From: Thermodesulfobacteriota bacterium
GTDB lineage: Bacteria > Desulfobacterota > Desulfobulbia > Desulfobulbales > SURF-16
Reading direction: 5' to 3'
NCBI GenBank assembly: GCA_039715015.1
Contig: JBDLIE010000005.1
Location: 32,001-96,000 of the forward strand
DNA length: 64,000 nt
The position numbers and the translations under genes were made by a program. Position 1 is the first letter of the stretch. Each line of letters begins with the position of its first letter. Under the pieces are notes generated by a model. It did no database searches. It saw only the letters and a program-made list of their open reading frames with translations, and was not told the DNA's origin. Positions 59,144 to 64,000 of the stretch are shown piece by piece.

Positions 59144-62100
59144 ATGGGACAAGCAAAAGGGAAAGGATCCGGATCAGTAATGGTCGTCGGTGGTGGTATC
59201 GCCGGTGTCCAGGCTGCTCTTGATCTTACCGAACTTGGCTATTATGTCTATTTAGTGGAAAAGGGGCCCGCTGTCGGCGGCGCTATGGCCCAGCTCGATA
59301 AAACGTTTCCGACCAATGATTGTTCGCTTTGAATCCTGGCGCCTAAGCTGGTAGAGGCCGGTCGGTCTCCAAATATCGAAATAGTCAGTAACGCTGATCT
59401 TCTCTCTCTTGAGGGAAAACCAGGTGATTTTAAAGCAAAAGTACGCCTGCGTCCCCGGTATATTGATGCAGATAAGTGTACAGCCTGCGGGCTCTGTACT
59501 CAGTACTGCCCCCGTCATCTTACCGATGAGTACAATGAAGGCTTGTCAATAACCAGACCCATCCATATTGACTATCCTCAGGCAGTACCCGCCACCTACT
59601 ACATTGATCCGGGCGCCTGCCTGCATCTTAAGCATGATACCTGTCAGATCTGTGTGCCGGTTTGCCAATCAAAGGCTATTGATTTTAGTCAGAAGCCTAC
59701 GGATAAGACCCTGTCCGTCGGGGCAGTGATCATGTCTCCAGGTTTCGGTAAGATTTCAGACGAAACCTTGGCCCAGTTCGGCTATGGCAAGCATCCAGAT
59801 GTTGTTACCTCATTGGAATTCGAGAGAATGACCAATGCCTCCGGCCCCTTTGAGGGTGAGGTGGTCTGTGCTGATAAATCCCATCCTAAGCGTCTGGCCT
59901 TCATTCAATGCGTAGGTTCCCGTGACCTTGGCTGCGGCAACGGCTATTGTTCCTCTGTGTGCTGTATGTACGCCATTAAAGAGGCCATGGTAGCCAAAGA
60001 GCATGATCCTGAGTGTGAGGTCACCATTTTCTACATGGATATCCGGACCCAGGGTAAGGATTTTGACATGGCCCGTACCCGGGCGGAAGAGCAATATGGC
60101 GTCAAATTCGTCCGTGCTAAGGTTGCTGATGTTATGCCTTGGGGTAAAGACCTGAAGCTGACCTATGCCACCATGGACGGTAATCATCGTTTTGAGGCCT
60201 TTGATATGGTTGTTCTCTCAGTTGGCTTGGACTCCCCTAAGGATGCCAAGAATCTTGCTGAGATTGGCGATTTTGGCCTCAATGAGTATGACTTTGCCCA
60301 GACCGCTACCTTTGATCCACTGCAGACCAGTCGACCTGGAGTGATGGTGGCAGGTGCTTTTCAGGGCCCTAAGGATATTCCTGAGTCAGCCACCCAATCA
60401 TCTGCTGCTGCCAGTCTTGCTGCCGGCATCATGAAGGAACAGCGCAACGCTGCCATCGTCGTTAAGGAATACCCAAAGGAGCAAGAGGTTGCTGAGGACG
60501 ATGAGGTTCGCATCGGCGTCTTTGTCTGCCATTGCGGTATTAATATTAGCAGCACGGTTGATGTGGAAAAGGTTGCTAACTACGCCGGTGGTATGGAGAA
60601 TGTCGCCTACTATAGCGAAACCCTCTATGCCTGCTCTCAGGATGCCCAGGAGGTTATCAAGGAGAAGATTAAGGAGCATAAGCTGAACCGTCTGGTTATG
60701 TCTGCCTGTTCTCCCCGTACCCATGAGCCTCTTTTTCAGGAGACCTTGAAGGATGCCGGGTTGAACCGCTCTCTCTTTGAGATGGTCAATATCCGTGACC
60801 ATTGTTCCTGGGTTCATGCCCAAGAGCCGGAAGAGGCCACTGATAAGTCCATGGACCTTGTCCGTATGGGTGTTGCCAAGGCCCGCCATATCAAGCCCCT
60901 GCCTGAGCAGAAGGTGCCTGTAACATCCGGGGCCCTGATCATTGGTGGTGGTGTTGCCGGTATGACCGCGGCTGAGAATCTCGCCAACCAGGGGTTTGAG
61001 TGTCATCTTGTTGAACGGGATGCCAAACTGGGCGGTAATCTTGCCAATATTAAGTCCACCATCTGGGGTGATGATCCAGCGACCTTGCTCAAGGATCTCA
61101 CCGCCCGGGTGAAGAAGAATAAGAACATATCCGTTTATACTAATACGGAACTGGCTACCACCTCTGGTTTTATCGGTAATTTCTCCTCGGTCATTGCCAA
61201 GAAATCAGCCCAAAAGACCACTGAGAAGACCATTGACCATGGTGTCATTGTTATGGCCACTGGCGGCAAGGAGCATCGCACCAAGAACTTTATGCTCGGC
61301 AAGGACAAGAAGGTTGTTACCCAACTTGAGCTTGAGGCCAAGCTGGCTGGCAAGGGCAAGAACAGGGCTCCTGGCTCGGTGGTGATGATCCAGTGTGCTG
61401 GCAGCCGCGGTGATGACCTCAATTACTGCTCCAAGGTTTGCTGTAATCAGGCCGTTAAGAACGCCCTGAAAATCAAAGAGATAAACCCTGAATCGCAGGT
61501 AATTGTTCTCTATCGCGATATGCGTACCTATGGCTATGCTGAGGATGCCTATCGTGAGGCCCGTCAGAAGGGTGTTATTTTTATTCCTTACGAGGTGGAT
61601 GACAAGCCCAAGGTTCATAACAAAGGTAAGTCAACCGTGGTTTCCTTCTTTGATCCCATCCTTCAGGATAAGGTGACCATGAATCCTGATATGGTTGCCC
61701 TCAGTGTTGGTGTGGTTCCTGAGGGAACTGAAGAGCTTTCCAAGCTTCTTAAGGCTCCGGTCACTGCTGATGAGTTCTATCTTGAGGCCCATGTTAAGCT
61801 GCGGCCTGTCGAGCTTTCCGTAGACGGTGTTTATGTCTGCGGTCTGGCCCACTCGCCGAAGCCTATCGAAGAGACCATTGTTCAGGCCCAGGCTGCGGCT
61901 GGTAAGGCAGCTATTCCGTTGGTCAGTGGTTCTGTTACCGTAGCACCTATTGTTTCCATCATTGATAAGGAAGCCTGTATTGGTTGCGGTATCTGTGAGG
62001 CCCTCTGTCCCTATAAGGCCATCAAGATGGTCAAGGTTGACAAGAAGCGCAAGGCCGAGACCATTGCCGCTTCCTGTAAGACTTGCGGTATCTGCGCCTC

Positions 62101-62197
62101 ACGTTGCCCCACCTTTGCCATTGACATGGGTGGTTTCACCCAGGATCAAATTTTTGCCCAGATTGCCGCCTTTGGCGCCATTGAAGAGGATAAGTAA
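59144..62197 (+). CDS. hdrA: Selenocysteine-containing HdrA-like flavoprotein (large form)
   Basis: [27 protein letters not shown] through TGA 59330-59332, in frame with 59543-62197; [24 protein letters not shown]. Confidence 0.92.
59354..59369 (+). promoter_or_regulatory. Putative SECIS apical hairpin (hdrA)
   Basis: GAGGCC-GGTC-GGTCTC after the in-frame TGA. Confidence 0.55.
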
Positions 62198-62793
62198 TGA
62201 GTGATTATAATCCCAAAATATTAGGGTTTCTCTGTAACTGGTGTTGTTACGCTGCAGCAGATGCTGCCGGTGTTGCCCGTTACCAATACCCGCCTAATCT
62301 TCGAACCATCCGTGTTATGTGTACTGGCCGTATTGACCCTGCCTTTATTCTCCGTGGCTTTGTCGAAGGTGCCGCCGGCATCTTCACAGGCGGCTGACAA
62401 CTTGGCGAATGCCATTACCAGTTTGGTAATTATGATGCCATGGGTGTTGATGCTCTTGTTCACAAGGTTCTTCGTGATATCGGTGTAGATGAACGTCGTT
62501 ATAATCTGCAATGGGCCTCTGCTGCTGAAGCCCCTCGTTTCGTTAAGCTCATTACTGAGTTTACCGCTCAGGTTCGCGAGCTTGGTCCTCTGGGCCATGC
62601 TGAAGGTGTAGCCCCTGATGAGATGAAGGACCGTCTTGAAACAGCCCTTGAGGCCCTCTCAAGTCGAAAGGTACGAACCACGTTTGGTACGGCGACACGT
62701 TCACTGCGAAAGGACAATGTCTTAGATAAAAAGGCAATCACTGAGACTGTTGAAACAAAAATTGAAAAGAGTTTGGCTTCAGCACTGGGCTAA
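62197..62793 (+). CDS. mvhD: Selenocysteine-containing MvhD/FlpD 2Fe-2S subunit
   Basis: FLCNWCCY, RVMCTGRID, GG-U-QLGECHY through TGA 62395-62397, in frame with 62440-62793; WASAAE. Confidence 0.92.
62414..62430 (+). promoter_or_regulatory. Putative SECIS apical hairpin (mvhD)
   Basis: ATTACCA-GTT-TGGTAAT; same CCAGTTTGG core as in fdh. Confidence 0.6.
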
Positions 62794-62816
62794 ACATCTT
62801 TTTATCTAGAACCTCA

Positions 62817-62857
62817 AGGGGCCTGATCGACGTTATGTCGGTCAGGCCCCTTTTTTT
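62817..62857 (+). terminator. Intrinsic terminator after mvhD
   Basis: aggggcctgatcgac...gtcggtcaggcccct followed by a T-run. Confidence 0.88.
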
Positions 62858-63028
62858 GTGGCCTATTCCCCTTATCCCTCCTTATTTATGCGCTCGAAAA
62901 CTCTTCTAGCTAGAGCATAATAAATAACTATCCACAGTCATTGACTGTTCGTAATGACACTCTTAAATTCTTTAAAAAGGTCTTTTATTTCATCTCGCAT
63001 CATTCTTCTAGTCCATGGAGGACCTGAA

Positions 63029-63379
63029 ATGGATAACCGTAATTTAAAGATTTTTCGGAAAACTTCTATCTCCCTATATCTCTTGGTTTTTATTTGTTTT
63101 TTCTTGTTGCCGGTTCAACTTTCCTGGGCTGAAGATCAAGAAGATGTCCTGTCTATTAATGGTGTGGTTAAAGAGATACTCCTGATAGAACGTAGCCTCA
63201 TAGTTAAGCCTAAAGAAGGGAAGAGACATAAAATTGTTTTTACTGAGCAGACTGTCTTTAAAGGTGTTGCCGGCGCCGGTAATATTGAGGTGAAACAGAA
63301 GGTGAGGATCTGGTATGTGCGAGAAAATGACCTTCTTAAGGCCTTGAAGATTAAGGTGATGCCTGAACTTGGCTGCTGA
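63029..63379 (+). CDS. Hypothetical exported protein (OB-fold-like)
   Basis: GGAGG RBS before ATG 63029; signal-like hydrophobic stretch; GVVKEI...VKQKVRIWY. Confidence 0.55.
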   Translation: MDNRNLKIFRKTSISLYLLVFICFFLLPVQLSWAEDQEDVLSINGVVKEILLIERSLIVKPKEGKRHKIVFTEQTVFKGVAGAGNIEVKQKVRIWYVRENDLLKALKIKVMPELGC

Positions 63380-63437
63380 AAAGATCTCTTGTTTCTTTCG
63401 AGTATTTTTTTCTTACCCTGACGTTGGGAGGTGAATC

Positions 63438-63935
63438 ATGTTTTCTCTATTTCGTTTGACCCTCGTAGTTTTAATTTTCTCTTTTTTCTCTAGCCCGTTG
63501 ACTGCCGCTACCCAAGGACAGGTTCTGCCAGAAGCTGTTAAGGCTTCTGGATTGCGTGTTTATTTTGATGTTAATGTCGGTGTCCCCCATAAGCTGGAAA
63601 TCAGGCTCATGCTCATAAATAAAACATATGACCAGCTTTTGCAGCTAGGTCATCAGCCTGAGTTTGTTGTCGGTTTCAGGAGTACGGCCAGCTATTTTGT
63701 TACAAAAGGTGATGAGTATGTGGAACCGGAAGAACTTGTCTTAAAGAAAAAGATCCACCAGTGGGTGAAAACTCTCAAGAGTAAGGGGATTCGGATTGAG
63801 CAATGCCTACTTGCTGCCGATTTTGTCGACATCGAACATGAAGATTTCCTGTCTGAAATGGCATTGGTGAAAAACGGCTATGTGTCGATGATTATCTATC
63901 AAAGTCAGGGGTTTGCCCATGTTTCCATGGACTAA
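63438..63935 (+). CDS. Exported DsrE-like protein
   Basis: GGAGG RBS; signal peptide; RVYFDVN, GIRIEQCLLAA, VKNGYVSMIIYQSQGFA (DsrE-type C-terminus). Confidence 0.65.
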   Translation: MFSLFRLTLVVLIFSFFSSPLTAATQGQVLPEAVKASGLRVYFDVNVGVPHKLEIRLMLINKTYDQLLQLGHQPEFVVGFRSTASYFVTKGDEYVEPEELVLKKKIHQWVKTLKSKGIRIEQCLLAADFVDIEHEDFLSEMALVKNGYVSMIIYQSQGFAHVSMD

Positions 63936-64000
63936 TATTGCGAACCTCCGATAATGGTGAAGGTCATTATCGCCCAGGGTCTAGGGATTCGAGCAGTTCT

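Noticed and set aside
57461..62397. fdh, hdrA and mvhD as nonsense-mutated pseudogenes
   Set aside because: All three stops are TGA at Cys/Sec positions with downstream hairpins, so Sec readthrough is far more likely
63965..64000. Possible 3' end of a minus-strand gene (…ELLESLDPGR*)
   Set aside because: Too short to support any call

Overview
Chromosomal window of an anaerobic deltaproteobacterium; gene content and protein style suggest Desulfobulbales, which is an inference. It has three parts. (1) 1-10.7 kb: housekeeping and signalling genes (tolQRAB, hom, apgM-like, ybgC, tRNA-fMet, a two-component pair, a degenerate GGDEF protein, srkA, fmdE). (2) 11-34.6 kb: an accessory redox/metal super-cluster centred on a RegB/RegA-type pair. 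It holds a secreted His/Cys-rich beta-propeller-like protein with NosL, TlpA and two FtsX-type ABC systems; an 8.4 kb operon combining a TonB-dependent receptor, a probable double-cubane-cluster reductase with its ATPase activator, and ExbBD-TonB; and a TorD plus Psr/Phs-type molybdoenzyme A/B pair with no C subunit. All three promoters carry a shared G(C/T)GAC-N5-G(C/T)C(A/C)(C/T) box. The TonB operon lies between two copies of a regB-promoter-torD unit that decayed reciprocally, leaving unannotated torD and regB pseudogenes. (3) 35-64 kb: uvrC, nifUS, thyX and a Wood-Ljungdahl cluster (fhs, folD, cooS, a metF-acsD fusion, acsB, acsC) interrupted by a PilB-cNMP-domain fusion. It is followed by three consecutive selenoproteins that the ORF track splits at in-frame TGA codons (GltD-fused formate dehydrogenase, HdrA, MvhD). 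No CRISPR array, rRNA, integrase or transposase was seen. All calls are by eye from motifs; no database searches were run.
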